NCBI GenBank assembly: GCA_965203905.1
Contig: CBDBDQ010000005.1
Coordinates: 448,001-512,000, forward strand
Origin: Spirochaetia bacterium
GTDB taxonomy: Bacteria > Spirochaetota > Spirochaetia > SZUA-6 > Bin103
Direction: 5' to 3'
Length of the DNA: 64,000 nucleotides
A program made the position numbers and the translations under genes. The notes under the pieces are model-generated. The model was given only the letters and a program-made list of their open reading frames with translations. It had not been told where the DNA came from and searched no databases. This document shows, piece after piece, positions 38,058 through 48,276 of this stretch. The first letter of the stretch is position 1, and each line of letters begins with the position of its first letter.

Positions 38058-39638
38058 TCATGCGAGCGACGCGGTGGTTGTCGCGCCGGCGATGAGGCGG
38101 AGATCCTTCCAGCGGTCGCTCCCGGCAGGGCGCCAGGGGCAGCTGACCGCGGCACCGGAGCCGTTGTAGAAGTGCACGGCGCTGTCGGACACGAGTGAGA
38201 GGAGGCCGGCGGGCCGGTCGCGGAGCTCGATCCGGGGAGTGACGGCGCCCATCCGGTCGCAGGTGCCGAGCAGCAACGGGCCGTAGCAGCCGGTTGCGGC
38301 GCCGATGCCCCAGTTGCGGCCGTGGCCGGCGGCGACGGAGCACACCGCGCCGCCCATGTCGGCGTGCTCGCGGCCGCCGCGCAGCACGCGGCGCGCCATT
38401 GCCAGCTTGCGCGCGGCGGTGTCGAGGGCGCGTGCTGCGTAGCCGGCGTCGCCGGTGACCTGGTAGGCCAGCGTCAGCGCGGCGGTGCTCGGTTCGCGCG
38501 TCGGCGTGGTGGAGCCGTCGTCGTGCCACTCGGCCCAGTGGATCATGTCATTGCGCCTGCCGACGCCCGGCACGTGGCGCGCATGTTCCTGCGGGAAGAC
38601 CATCGCCAGCGGGCGCGGCGACGGCGGCGCGAAGCATCTGAACTGTGCCCTGATGGCATCGTCGAGCGAGCGGTCGGCACAGGTGTGACGGTAGTGGCAG
38701 ATGGCGGCGGCGGCCGGGTCCGCGCAGGGGTCGGCCAGCTCGGCCACCAGGGGCGCCGCCAGGCTGCGGGCGGCGGTACGGAACCGGTCGTCGCCGGTAG
38801 CCGCGTAGAGGTCGCCCAGGGCATGGACGGCGCCGGAGGCCAGCAGGTTCTCCAGGCCGGCCAACGGATCGCCGGGTACGTGATGGCCGGCGCCCGCCGC
38901 GGCGGCGATCGGCTGGCCCGCCACCTGCTCCTCGAACCGCGGCTCGCCGCGCTGGGTCCACAGCAGCGGGAAGCGTTTTTCCACGGCGGTAATGCGGCGC
39001 GCCCATACGGTGCCGTAGCGCTCGGCCCACTCCAGGTAGCGCGACTCGCCCGACACCCGATAGGCGGCGAGCGCGAGATGCACGAACCGGAAGTGCTCGG
39101 CCAGCTCGAAAGCCAGGTGCGGATCGCCTCCCACCACCCGCGATCCGATGGCGAAGGAACGGAAGCAGCCGCGTTCGTAGTCGAACCAGTCCGGCACCTC
39201 GGCGCACCAGTTGCCGACGTGCTCGGCGGCGTCCAGCAGCAGCCGCCGCGCGGTCCGGTCGTCCGGGAACAGGGCGAGGTAGCGCGGCAGGAACAGGATG
39301 AACGGCTCGGTGCCGTGGTGCGCCTCCGCCTCCGGCTCGTAGCCGTGGTGGCACTGCTCGGCGACCCATCCGGCAAGGGCGGCGAGCAAGGTGCGAAACC
39401 AGTCAGCAATTGCCGGACCGCCCGTGACCAGGTAGTGCGGGAACCAGGCCAGGGCGTAGTTGGCCTCATCCTCTCCGCCGCCGTTGGGACCGGGGCCGTC
39501 GCAGCGCGCGCTCTGCTCCAGCCATCGCGACAGCTCGGAGCGCAGCGCCGCGTAGGCGGCGTAGCAGGCGTGCAGGGTCTGCTCGGCGCGGGGCGCGGCC
39601 GGGGCGGCCGCCAGTGCCCGTTTCGAGACGTCAGCCAC
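38058..39638 (-). CDS. Uncharacterised alpha/alpha-toroid-like protein
   Basis: Repeated 'AY..(S/T)G..RY' helical hairpins; EDEANY and EAHHGTE. Confidence 0.7.
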   Translation of the reverse strand: MADVSKRALAAAPAAPRAEQTLHACYAAYAALRSELSRWLEQSARCDGPGPNGGGEDEANYALAWFPHYLVTGGPAIADWFRTLLAALAGWVAEQCHHGYEPEAEAHHGTEPFILFLPRYLALFPDDRTARRLLLDAAEHVGNWCAEVPDWFDYERGCFRSFAIGSRVVGGDPHLAFELAEHFRFVHLALAAYRVSGESRYLEWAERYGTVWARRITAVEKRFPLLWTQRGEPRFEEQVAGQPIAAAAGAGHHVPGDPLAGLENLLASGAVHALGDLYAATGDDRFRTAARSLAAPLVAELADPCADPAAAAICHYRHTCADRSLDDAIRAQFRCFAPPSPRPLAMVFPQEHARHVPGVGRRNDMIHWAEWHDDGSTTPTREPSTAALTLAYQVTGDAGYAARALDTAARKLAMARRVLRGGREHADMGGAVCSVAAGHGRNWGIGAATGCYGPLLLGTCDRMGAVTPRIELRDRPAGLLSLVSDSAVHFYNGSGAAVSCPWRPAGSDRWKDLRLIAGATTTASLA

Positions 39639-40344
39639 CGAGCTGGTGGGCCAGATCGCGGAAGTCGGCGGCTACGATGTCGGACGAGGCGGCCGGGATC
39701 GGCTCCGCGGAGGCGCCCGGACCGCGTTCCAGCGGACGCGGCACGAATGCGGTCTGCAGGCCGAGGCCGCGCGCGGCATCCAGGTCGCCGGCATGGGCGG
39801 CCACCATCATCACCTGCCGTGGTTCCAGCCCGAGCAGCTGCACGGCGGTCAGGTAGGTATCGGGATCCGGCTTGTAGGCACGCGCCAGCTCGGCCCCCAG
39901 GACACAGTCCCAGGGCAGGCCCGCGTAGCGCGCCAGGTTGGTCATCATCGCCACGTTGCCGTTGGACAGCGCCGCGATGATGTAGCGCGCCTTGAGCCGG
40001 GTCAGGCCCGGGACCGCGTCGGGCCACGCATCCAGCCGGTGCCACGCCAGATTCAGCTCCGCCTTGGCGGCATCGTCCACGTCCTCGAGCCCGAACTCCT
40101 CCAGCAGCTCCTCCAGGGCCAGCCGATGCAGTCCGTCCAGGTTGGTCCACGGCAGCTCCCCTCCGCGCACCTTGTCCATGAACGGCCCGTACTTGGCGCG
40201 CCAGGCGTCGGCGAATGCCTCCCAGTCCGCGGCGATGCCTTGCGCCCGGCCGAACGCCGCCGCCTCCCGGATCACCGAGCCGCGCCAGTCCACCACCGTC
40301 CCGAACACGTCGAACAGCAGGGCCTTGATCCCGGCGCCGCTCAT
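39631..40344 (-). CDS. Haloacid dehalogenase type II
   Basis: FDVFGTVVDW, LSNGN, YKP, MVAAHAGD. Confidence 0.92.
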   Translation of the reverse strand: MSGAGIKALLFDVFGTVVDWRGSVIREAAAFGRAQGIAADWEAFADAWRAKYGPFMDKVRGGELPWTNLDGLHRLALEELLEEFGLEDVDDAAKAELNLAWHRLDAWPDAVPGLTRLKARYIIAALSNGNVAMMTNLARYAGLPWDCVLGAELARAYKPDPDTYLTAVQLLGLEPRQVMMVAAHAGDLDAARGLGLQTAFVPRPLERGPGASAEPIPAASSDIVAADFRDLAHQLGG

Positions 40345-40532
40345 GGGTCAGCCCCGATCACCTTGGGGCGTGAGCGTTGCTGTTGCTGAACTGCCAACCA
40401 GTCACGAATCGCTTCCTTGATGTTTTCGAGTGCCTCCTCGACCGTGGCTCCCTGGGAGTGACACCCCTTCAGCTCCGGGCAGCTCACCGCGTACCCCTCG
40501 TCGGACTCGATCAGGACGACTCGGTACCTCAT
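40341..40532 (-). CDS. HicB-family antitoxin (no hicA partner)
   Basis: GYAVSCPELKGCHSQGATVEEALENIKEAI; ATGA-coupled on both sides. Confidence 0.88.
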   Translation of the reverse strand: MRYRVVLIESDEGYAVSCPELKGCHSQGATVEEALENIKEAIRDWLAVQQQQRSRPKVIGADP

Positions 40533-42172
40533 GGGCGGCGCTCCAGCACCAGCAGCCAGTCGCGGAATACCGGCACCGGCGGCACCTGCCAGCGGCCGGC
40601 GGCGTCTCCGGAAACGGCGCCCAACGGAGTCACCTCTGCCGTCTCCGGGTGCACCAACTCGGCATCGTAGGCGAGCCCGGCTTCCAGGCCGCACACCGTG
40701 ACCGGGTCGCTCAGCTCGCACGGCAGGTAAAGGATGCGCAGCCGGCCGGGGATGCCGGCCGCGTAGGCCAGGTGGCGGTTGCCGGCGTGCTGGTGCGGCT
40801 CCACCCACTCCGGGTGCGGCTCGCAGCGCCACCAGGGAAAGCGCTCCAGCACGCCCTTGCCTACGCCGACCTGTGCGGCACCCGGCAGTGCGGCGGCCTC
40901 GTCCCAGGGCCGGCCGCCCCAACTGGTGCCGTGGGGCGAGGTTCCGTAGGGCCGGTCGGAGCGGTCCACCTACCAGATGCCGTTGGCGCCGTAGCTGTAG
41001 CCGGCGGCGCCGCTCAGCATGGTGGACCAGAATTGGAACCGCTGCACGTCGTCGCGGTTGGCGCCGCGGATGCCCTCGTAGTTGCCCTCGCTGTCGATCA
41101 CCGGCAGCGGCGGTTCCCGGGTGCGGGCCTGCTCCACCATGGCCACCGCCTGCTCGGTGGAGGGGTAGCCGTTGTGCCCGGTCTGCAGCCAGTGCAGGTC
41201 CAGCACCGCGGGATCGTCCACCTGCTCGGTGCCGACCCGGGTGGGATGGATCGTGAGCGGCCGCCGGTGGCCGTCGGTGCTGCGGATGAAGCGCGCCAAC
41301 TCCGACCAGGTGGCGCGGCGGGAGGCCGGCAGCCAGCGCTCGCCGCGGCGCATCACCTCCTTCATCTGCTCGAACTCGGGACTGCGGTAGAACGGCATCA
41401 GCGCCTCGCCGCACACGCACCACACCACCGGGTACGCACCCCAGCGCGCGATGAGGTTGCGCCAGTGCGCCTGCAGCTTCGCCACGCCGGCCACCTCCAG
41501 GTAGTAGCCCCAGAAACCGACCACGCACGGCACGATGCCGTTCGCCACCAGGTGGGCGATGCGGCGGTCGGCGGCGTCGAAGTAGGCGGGCTCGATGGTG
41601 GAGAAATCAGGCCGCCAGGGGAAGCCGCCGTCGCCGGCTCCCCGCTCATCGAACGGTTCCATGTCCGGGTACAGGCCGGCAACGAGCTGCACCACGTTGA
41701 ACCCCTTGGCCACGCGGTCCGCCGTCAACGCGTGGAACTCGTCGGGCCAGCGCAGGCGCCGGCACAGCCCCATCCACCAGGTGTCGGCGAGCCAGAGGAA
41801 CGGCGTGCCGTCCGCGTGCTCCAGGTGGCGGTTGCCCGTGGCGACCCGCACGGGACCGTGGCGCAGCAGCGGAGTGGTTGCGCCCGCCGCCTCCGTCACG
41901 TGCAGCTCGCCGGCACAGCCGTGGAGGCCGCCGTCGCCGGCATCGGAACAGCGGCTGCTCACCAGGTGCCGGCCGGCCTGGGCCGGCGCGTAGCGCACCC
42001 GCCACTCCCTGCCCCCACCCCAGAAGGCCGGAATCACCTGCTTCCCGCCGCCCGGATCGGTGACCAGCAGGTCGACCGTCACCTGGCTGAACGGGTCGTC
42101 CCGCTCCACCTCGGACACCAGACGCCACTCCGCAACGTGGTGCACCGTACCGTTGCGTGCCCCGAGATCCAT
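40529..42172 (-). pseudogene. DUF5060/DUF4038 apiosidase-like protein with one in-frame TAG
   Basis: AFWGGG.W.VRY, DGTPFLWLADTWW, then YGANGIW*VD..PHG continuing in frame; TAG at 40970-40972. Confidence 0.85.
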
Positions 42173-42359
42173 GCGCCGAGTATAGCCGCACGTTCCGGGC
42201 AAGTGGTACTGTGAGCCATTCCTCAAGGCAAAACAAACACCAGGGCCGCCGCCCCGAAGCGGCGCGCCACCGCGGAATCCGCGTCCTGATTTCCGCGCCG
42301 AACCCACCGGCCGGCAGGCGATACCCGTGCTTTGTCGGCCACGTCATCCAGGCCACGGA

Positions 42360-43472
42360 GTGACCGTGCCGAGTCAGACTGGACTACTCACCGACCGTGA
42401 TTCGCACTTGGTCCGGGCGCTGGACGAGCATGGCGCGGTGGCACTGCGCAATCGCAAGTACCTGGGTTCGAAGGTCCGGCTGCTGGACTTCATCGAGCGC
42501 GAGATCCAGCTTGCCGCCGGCCGCATCGACTCCTTCCTGGATGGATTCGCCGGCACCGGAGTGGTCGCCGACCGCATGCGTGCGCACACCGGCCGCCTCA
42601 CGCTGGTCGACAACCTGGCCAGCAACTACTCGATCAACCGCGCTTTCTTCACCTCCTCGGAGGACAACGTGCGGATCGGCTACGTGTCCGATGCCCTACG
42701 CGACCTGAACCGGCTGAGGCCCTGCGACGGCTACGCTTCGGCGCACTACGCGGGGCGCTACTTCACCGCCGAGAACGCCGGGCTGATCGACGCGATCCGC
42801 GACCAGATCGAGCTCAGGAAGCAGGCCGGCGACTGCAGCGAGCAGGAGGGCCACGTGCTCATCGCCAGCCTGCTGTTCGCCGCGGACAAGGTCGCCAACA
42901 CCGTCGGCCAGTACGACGCCTACCTGAAGAACCTGGGGGCCGGAAGCTACGACGCCAGCGGCCGCCACATGGTCGACTCCAACGTCTACGGCCGCCTGCG
43001 CCTGCGCATGCCGGCGCTCCGTTTCACGGCGGGAGCGACCGTGCTCCAGGCCGACATGAACGCGATCGCCGCCGACCACGACGCGGACGTGGTGTATCTC
43101 GATCCGCCGTACAACGAGCGCCAGTACGTCGACTGCTACCACGTGCTCGAGAACATCGCCGCGTGGCGGAAGCCGGCACTCAGCGGCAAGACCATGAAAT
43201 TCGAACGCAAGTCCCTGAAGAGCGACTACTCACGGCGCAGCACGGCACTTGCCGCCTTCCGGAAGCTGATCGAGCGGATCAGGGCCCGCTTCATCTTCGT
43301 CAGCTACAGCAACGAGGGGATCATCCCGCTGGCCGACCTGAAGGCGGCGCTGGCGTCACGCGGCGCGACGACCATCGCGAGCACCGATTATGCGGTGTTC
43401 GGAAACGGTGCCGGGAAGTCGGTGCGCCGTACCGTAGTCGAGTACCTGGCAATCTGCCGAGTAGACACATAG
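42360..43472 (+). CDS. Orphan D12-class N6-adenine DNA methyltransferase
   Basis: RKYLGSK, DGFAGTGVV, YLDPPYN..Y..YH.LE, SYSNEG. Confidence 0.9.
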   Translation: MTVPSQTGLLTDRDSHLVRALDEHGAVALRNRKYLGSKVRLLDFIEREIQLAAGRIDSFLDGFAGTGVVADRMRAHTGRLTLVDNLASNYSINRAFFTSSEDNVRIGYVSDALRDLNRLRPCDGYASAHYAGRYFTAENAGLIDAIRDQIELRKQAGDCSEQEGHVLIASLLFAADKVANTVGQYDAYLKNLGAGSYDASGRHMVDSNVYGRLRLRMPALRFTAGATVLQADMNAIAADHDADVVYLDPPYNERQYVDCYHVLENIAAWRKPALSGKTMKFERKSLKSDYSRRSTALAAFRKLIERIRARFIFVSYSNEGIIPLADLKAALASRGATTIASTDYAVFGNGAGKSVRRTVVEYLAICRVDT

Positions 43473-43493
43473 CGGCGCACGGCTCCCGCGGAC

Positions 43494-44330
43494 TCAGGTC
43501 GGGAGCTTGGCGTAGGCGGTGACGTGGGGCGGCAGCACGATCAGCCGCCCGGAGGACTCGGCCTCCCGCTGCAGCCGTTCGCTCAGGGTCTCCACGTCGA
43601 CCTCCGCGGCAGTGGCGATGCCGAAGGACTCGAGCAGCGGCAGCAGGCTGGTGAAGGCCTGCTGGAGAAACCCGAAGCCGACCCAGTCCGGTCCTGCCCC
43701 GGCGGGCGCCTCCAGGTGCGCCACCGGCGCCGGCAGGCCCGCCTCCGTGAACACGCGCTGCAGCTTCAGCCCCATGCCGACGTCCGCCCCTGAACGCCGG
43801 AACACCTCCAACCCCCACTCGACGAGCTGGTTGATCAGCGGCGTATCCGGGCTGTGGACCGCCTGGTAAAGGGTCAGCTCGGCCTCCTGAAAGGCGACGA
43901 TGCCGCCGCGACCCAGGTGCGCGACGAACTGCTTCAACGCGGCCCCGGGGTCGGCGATGTACATCAGCACCAGCCGGCCGATGACGGCATCGAAGTCGCG
44001 CGGCAGCTCCAGCTCAAGGGCGTCGCCGGCAAGGAACTCGATGTTTGCGTGCCCGGCCTGCTGCGCCCGCGCGCGTGCGGTTTCGAGGATCTCCGGGTTC
44101 ATGTCGACCCCGACGACGGCGCCCTCCGGTCCGACCAGTTGCGCCGCCGCCATGGCAACGTCGCCGGCACCGCTGCCGATGTCGAGCACCTTCATCCCCG
44201 GCTCCACGCCCGCATTGCGCAACATCCTCAGTGTCACCCTCTCGTAGAGATGCGCCTGCTCGATCAGCCGCTCGGTCTCGCCGGCGCTGCGTCCCATCGT
44301 ATAGGTGGCATCGGCCTTGCTCTCGGTCAC
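43494..44330 (-). CDS. Class I SAM-dependent methyltransferase
   Basis: ETERL..Q, VLDIGSGAGD, FDAVIGRLVL. Confidence 0.9.
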   Translation of the reverse strand: MTESKADATYTMGRSAGETERLIEQAHLYERVTLRMLRNAGVEPGMKVLDIGSGAGDVAMAAAQLVGPEGAVVGVDMNPEILETARARAQQAGHANIEFLAGDALELELPRDFDAVIGRLVLMYIADPGAALKQFVAHLGRGGIVAFQEAELTLYQAVHSPDTPLINQLVEWGLEVFRRSGADVGMGLKLQRVFTEAGLPAPVAHLEAPAGAGPDWVGFGFLQQAFTSLLPLLESFGIATAAEVDVETLSERLQREAESSGRLIVLPPHVTAYAKLPT

Positions 44331-44413
44331 GAATCTATTCCTCCTGCAGAGCCTTCAGACTCTGGACGGGGTGTCGTTATCAATATGATCGGATGACGTG
44401 GTACTGTCCCGGA

Positions 44414-45721
44414 ATGGCGGCGAGACCGAATCTGCTGTGGTTGTTCTGCGACCAGCTCCGGTACCACGCCCTGGCGTGCAACGGCGACCGCAACGTACCG
44501 ACCCCCAACCTGGACCGGCTGGCGGGCGAAGGCGTGCGCTGCACGCACGCGGTGAGCCACTACCCGGTGTGCATGCCGTTCCGTGCCGGGCTGGTGACCG
44601 GCCAGTACGCCCACGTGCACGGGCTGCGGGTGCAGGGGGACCTGCTCCCGCCGCGGCGCCGCACCATCGCGCATGCGTTCCGCCAGGCCGGCTACCGCAC
44701 CTCCTGGGTGGGCAAGTGGCACCTCGCCGGCGAGCACCTGGACTTCTGGGTCGATCCCAAGCTGCGCGGCGGCTTCGAGGACTGGTACGGGTTCAACGTG
44801 TCCAACAACTACTACCGCACCTGCTACTGCCACGGCGACGAGGCGGAACCGATCCCCCTTGAGGGCTACCAGACCGACGCCCTGACCGATCTCTCGCTGC
44901 GCTACCTGGACCAGGTCGCGCGCAGCTCGGACCGGCCGTGGTTCCACTGCCTGAGCGTGGAGGCGCCGCACCACGGCATCGGGCGCGACTGCAGGGACGG
45001 CCAGCCGGCCCCGCCCGAGTACGAGGCGCGCTTCGCGCCGGGAGAGGTCGAATTGCGCGGCAACGTGCCGGCGCACCTGGAACAGCAGGCACGGGCCAAG
45101 CTGGCCGGCTACTATGCCATGATCGCCAACCTCGACCACAACGTCGGCCGGGTGCTCGACTGGCTGGAGGAGAGCGGCCGCGCCGAGTCGACGCTGGTGG
45201 CGTTCTTCTCCGACCACGGCGAGCTGGCCGGCAGCCACGGGTTCTTCGGCAAGTACCGCCCCTACGACGAGTCGATCCGCATCCCGCTGCTGCTGCGCCT
45301 GCCGGGGACCCTGGCCGCCGGAACGGTGTACCGGGAGGTGGTCAGCGGCCTCGACCTGTTCGCGACCTGCGCCGGACTGTGCGGCGTGCCGCTGTTCGCC
45401 GCGCAGCAGGGCGTCGACCACGCTCCGGCGCTGCTCGGCGACACCGGCGCGGTGCGCGACGCGGGGCTGGTGCAGTGGCTGGGGCCGTCGCGCACGGCAT
45501 GGGACGACGGCTATCCCTACCGCGCCATCCGCACCCGCCGCCACACCTACTGCGTGGGGCCCGACGAGCCGTTCCGCCTGCTGTTCGACAACGAAGAAGA
45601 CGAACTGCAACTCTGCAACCTGTTCGACAGCCGCTCGGCCGCGGCGCTCCAGGCAACGTTGCACCGGCGCCTGTGCCACGCGGTCACGCAGAGCGGCGAG
45701 CCGCTGCCGGAATGGACATGA
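44414..45721 (+). CDS. Sulfatase (Cys-type)
   Basis: PNLL..DQLR, CMPFR, GKWHL, SDHGE. Confidence 0.93.
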   Translation: MAARPNLLWLFCDQLRYHALACNGDRNVPTPNLDRLAGEGVRCTHAVSHYPVCMPFRAGLVTGQYAHVHGLRVQGDLLPPRRRTIAHAFRQAGYRTSWVGKWHLAGEHLDFWVDPKLRGGFEDWYGFNVSNNYYRTCYCHGDEAEPIPLEGYQTDALTDLSLRYLDQVARSSDRPWFHCLSVEAPHHGIGRDCRDGQPAPPEYEARFAPGEVELRGNVPAHLEQQARAKLAGYYAMIANLDHNVGRVLDWLEESGRAESTLVAFFSDHGELAGSHGFFGKYRPYDESIRIPLLLRLPGTLAAGTVYREVVSGLDLFATCAGLCGVPLFAAQQGVDHAPALLGDTGAVRDAGLVQWLGPSRTAWDDGYPYRAIRTRRHTYCVGPDEPFRLLFDNEEDELQLCNLFDSRSAAALQATLHRRLCHAVTQSGEPLPEWT

Positions 45722-46683
45722 TCCGCGTCGTCAAGCCCGAGGGATTCGGCAACATCAGGCTGCAGGAGGCTCCGATCCCGGAGATCGGCGAACGCCAGGT
45801 GCTGGTGCGCACCGAGGCGACGCTGATCAGCCGCGGGTCGGAGCTGTTCCGGCGCTACATCAAGGAAGAAGAGGTGCCGCAGCGCATCATGGGCTACTCG
45901 CTGGCGGGCAGCATCGAGCGGGTGGGCTCGGCGGTCACCGAGTATCGGGTCGGGCAGCGAGTATACGTGGCCGCGCCGCACGCCCAGTACGCGGTGGGCG
46001 AGGTCGATTCGACCGAAGGGCGCCTGGTGCCCCTGCCGGTGGGGGTGAGCTGCCAGCACGGGACGCTGCTGCGGCTGGCCATGGAGGCGACCGCCTGGGC
46101 CGCGTCATCGGGCGCCCGGCAGGGCGACACCGTCGTGATCCTCGGCCAGGGCGTGGTGGGCAGCCTGATGCTGCAGATCCTGCGCGGCTACCGGCCGCAA
46201 CGCATCGTGACCGTCGATCCGCTGCCACTGCGCCAGAGGATGTCGCGGGAGCTGGGCGCCGACCTGGTGATCGACCCCGCGCAGGAGGATCCCGTGGCGG
46301 CGGTGCGACGGCTCACCGGGGGCACGGGCGCCGACCTGGTGGTCGACTGCGTCGGCGGCTACGACGGCGTGCGTTCGTTCGAGCAGGCCCAGGACATGGT
46401 GCGGCGGCGGGGAACGATCCAGCTCATCGCCGCCTACCAGCAGCGCCCGCTGCCGCTGCACACGCTCAAGATCATGCACCGGCGGCTGGTGGCCGGCATC
46501 CTGGTGGACGAGCCGCTGTCGCAGATCGCGCTGCGCGCCGCCGCCATGATCGAGCGCGGCCAGATCCAGGCCGAGCGCATGATCACCCACCGCTTCCCCT
46601 ACACCAGGGCCAAGGAAGCGTTCGACTTCCTGTGGCACTCGCCGCAGGACGCGCTCGGCGTCCTCCTGATCTGGCGAGAGTGA
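45718..46683 (+). CDS. Zinc-binding/MDR-family dehydrogenase
   Basis: LISRGSE, MGYS.AG, GQGVVG, ITHRF; ATGA overlap with the sulfatase. Confidence 0.88.
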   Translation: MIRVVKPEGFGNIRLQEAPIPEIGERQVLVRTEATLISRGSELFRRYIKEEEVPQRIMGYSLAGSIERVGSAVTEYRVGQRVYVAAPHAQYAVGEVDSTEGRLVPLPVGVSCQHGTLLRLAMEATAWAASSGARQGDTVVILGQGVVGSLMLQILRGYRPQRIVTVDPLPLRQRMSRELGADLVIDPAQEDPVAAVRRLTGGTGADLVVDCVGGYDGVRSFEQAQDMVRRRGTIQLIAAYQQRPLPLHTLKIMHRRLVAGILVDEPLSQIALRAAAMIERGQIQAERMITHRFPYTRAKEAFDFLWHSPQDALGVLLIWRE

Positions 46684-47004
46684 GCCCAGCGATCTCGTTC
46701 ATGTCTTCGGTTACGCGTTGCCCAATGAGAACACGACAGGAAACCGGCTCACGCTCAAGGCCTCGAGTCCGTTGTTGATACGAGCGGTGCCACGTTCGCT
46801 TCCGACATATTCGCGTCGCGTCCTGAATCCTTGCCGATCCTCATCAATGCTTACATACATGTACGCAGGCAGGAGGCACAGGACTGTGGCGCACGATATA
46901 ACGAGATCGTATGACGGGCCGGAGACCTATATGTGGAGATCTGCTTTCCTCGATACTGGTGTGACCATCGACAAACACGTGACACGAGTGGAAGGGAGAC
47001 GGAG

Positions 47005-48276
47005 GTGAGGCTCAAATCGGTTCGGATCGAAAACTATCGGGCCATTGGATATCTCGGTTTACAGCTCCATCCCCGCTTGACCGTGTTGCATGGTGACAAC
47101 GCTCACGGGAAAACTAGCGTACTGAGTGCGATTGCCACAGGTCTCGGAGCCATTCCTCGGTTGCTACCTGGTGTATCTGGAGTCGGGCTCCTTAAGGCCG
47201 ATCAACGTGACGGACAAAAAGGTGTGAGGGTCACACTTACCACGACAGATTCAGTGACATGGGAGTGTACAAGAGGGCGGCTCCAAGACCGAAATCGACA
47301 TCGCACGAGGGACTTGAAACAGTGGCTGGAGCGGAACGGCCTTCAAGCCTGGGGCAGTCCCGTAGACCTTCCCATAATGGTATTCTATGATACGGATCGA
47401 GCCGTGCTAGGCCTAGCGACGCTGCGCCGCAAGTCAGCGACTGACACCAATCGGTTCTCTGCACTAGCCGGTGCACTCTCGGCCCGAACCAGCTTCCGCG
47501 AATTCTTCGATTGGTTTTATTCAAAGGAAAATGAGGAGCTCAGAGAGCAGAGAAACCGACGCAATCTCGATTTTAAGCTAAAGGATCTTTCTGCCGTTCG
47601 GCAAGCGATCTCGTCTATGCTCGATGGAGTATCCGAGCCGCACGTAGAACTACGGCCAACGCGCTTTGTGGTTTCCGAACAATCAGATCAAGGGCCTCCA
47701 GTTGTTCGAACCCTTGACCAGTTGAGCGGTGGATGCCGCGCTGTACTCGCGCTAGCTGCGGATCTAGCGTGGCGAATGGCACAAGGTAACCCACATCGAA
47801 AAAATGCGCTCGAGTCGGAGGTGGTCGTCCTAATAGACGAAGTCGAGTTGCATCTCCATCCCGCTTGGCAACAGCGAATTCTGGACGACCTTATGAGGAC
47901 ATTCCCTAACGCGCAGTTCATTGTATCAACGCACAGTCCACAGGTTCTCACCACCGTACATCCGGATCAAGTCGTTGAGTTGCGGCGAGGTGTGGATGAT
48001 ATCGTAGCTTCAGGAACTAACGCACCTACTTATGGAGCAGAGGCAGGAGATGTGCTTTCCTCGGTAATGGGCGTTGACGAGTGTCCAAAAAACACCTTCC
48101 AGGCCACCCTTGAAGAGTACGTCCGTCTCGTCAGCGATGGAGAAGGCGAGTCTCCTGCAGCATTATCTCTTCGGAAATACCTTGAAGAGCTCTCACCCAA
48201 CGATCCCGGACTCGACCGGGCTGACGTGGAGATCAGACGGCACAAGATCCTATCTATGGTCCGTCGATCTAAATGA
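47005..48276 (+). CDS. PtuA-like ABC/AAA ATPase (Septu or retron type I-A effector)
   Basis: GDNAHGKT, LSGG, LIDEVELHLHPAWQ, FPNAQFIVSTHSP; low GC. Confidence 0.88.
   Translation: MRLKSVRIENYRAIGYLGLQLHPRLTVLHGDNAHGKTSVLSAIATGLGAIPRLLPGVSGVGLLKADQRDGQKGVRVTLTTTDSVTWECTRGRLQDRNRHRTRDLKQWLERNGLQAWGSPVDLPIMVFYDTDRAVLGLATLRRKSATDTNRFSALAGALSARTSFREFFDWFYSKENEELREQRNRRNLDFKLKDLSAVRQAISSMLDGVSEPHVELRPTRFVVSEQSDQGPPVVRTLDQLSGGCRAVLALAADLAWRMAQGNPHRKNALESEVVVLIDEVELHLHPAWQQRILDDLMRTFPNAQFIVSTHSPQVLTTVHPDQVVELRRGVDDIVASGTNAPTYGAEAGDVLSSVMGVDECPKNTFQATLEEYVRLVSDGEGESPAALSLRKYLEELSPNDPGLDRADVEIRRHKILSMVRRSK

Noticed and set aside
40341-41528. 395-aa ORF ending in HicB
   Set aside because: Only the last 63 codons are HicB; the rest is an alternate frame of the DUF4038 gene.
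46718-47008. 96-aa ORF upstream of the PtuA-like gene as an RT remnant
   Set aside because: No YADD or other RT motif is visible; probably non-coding.
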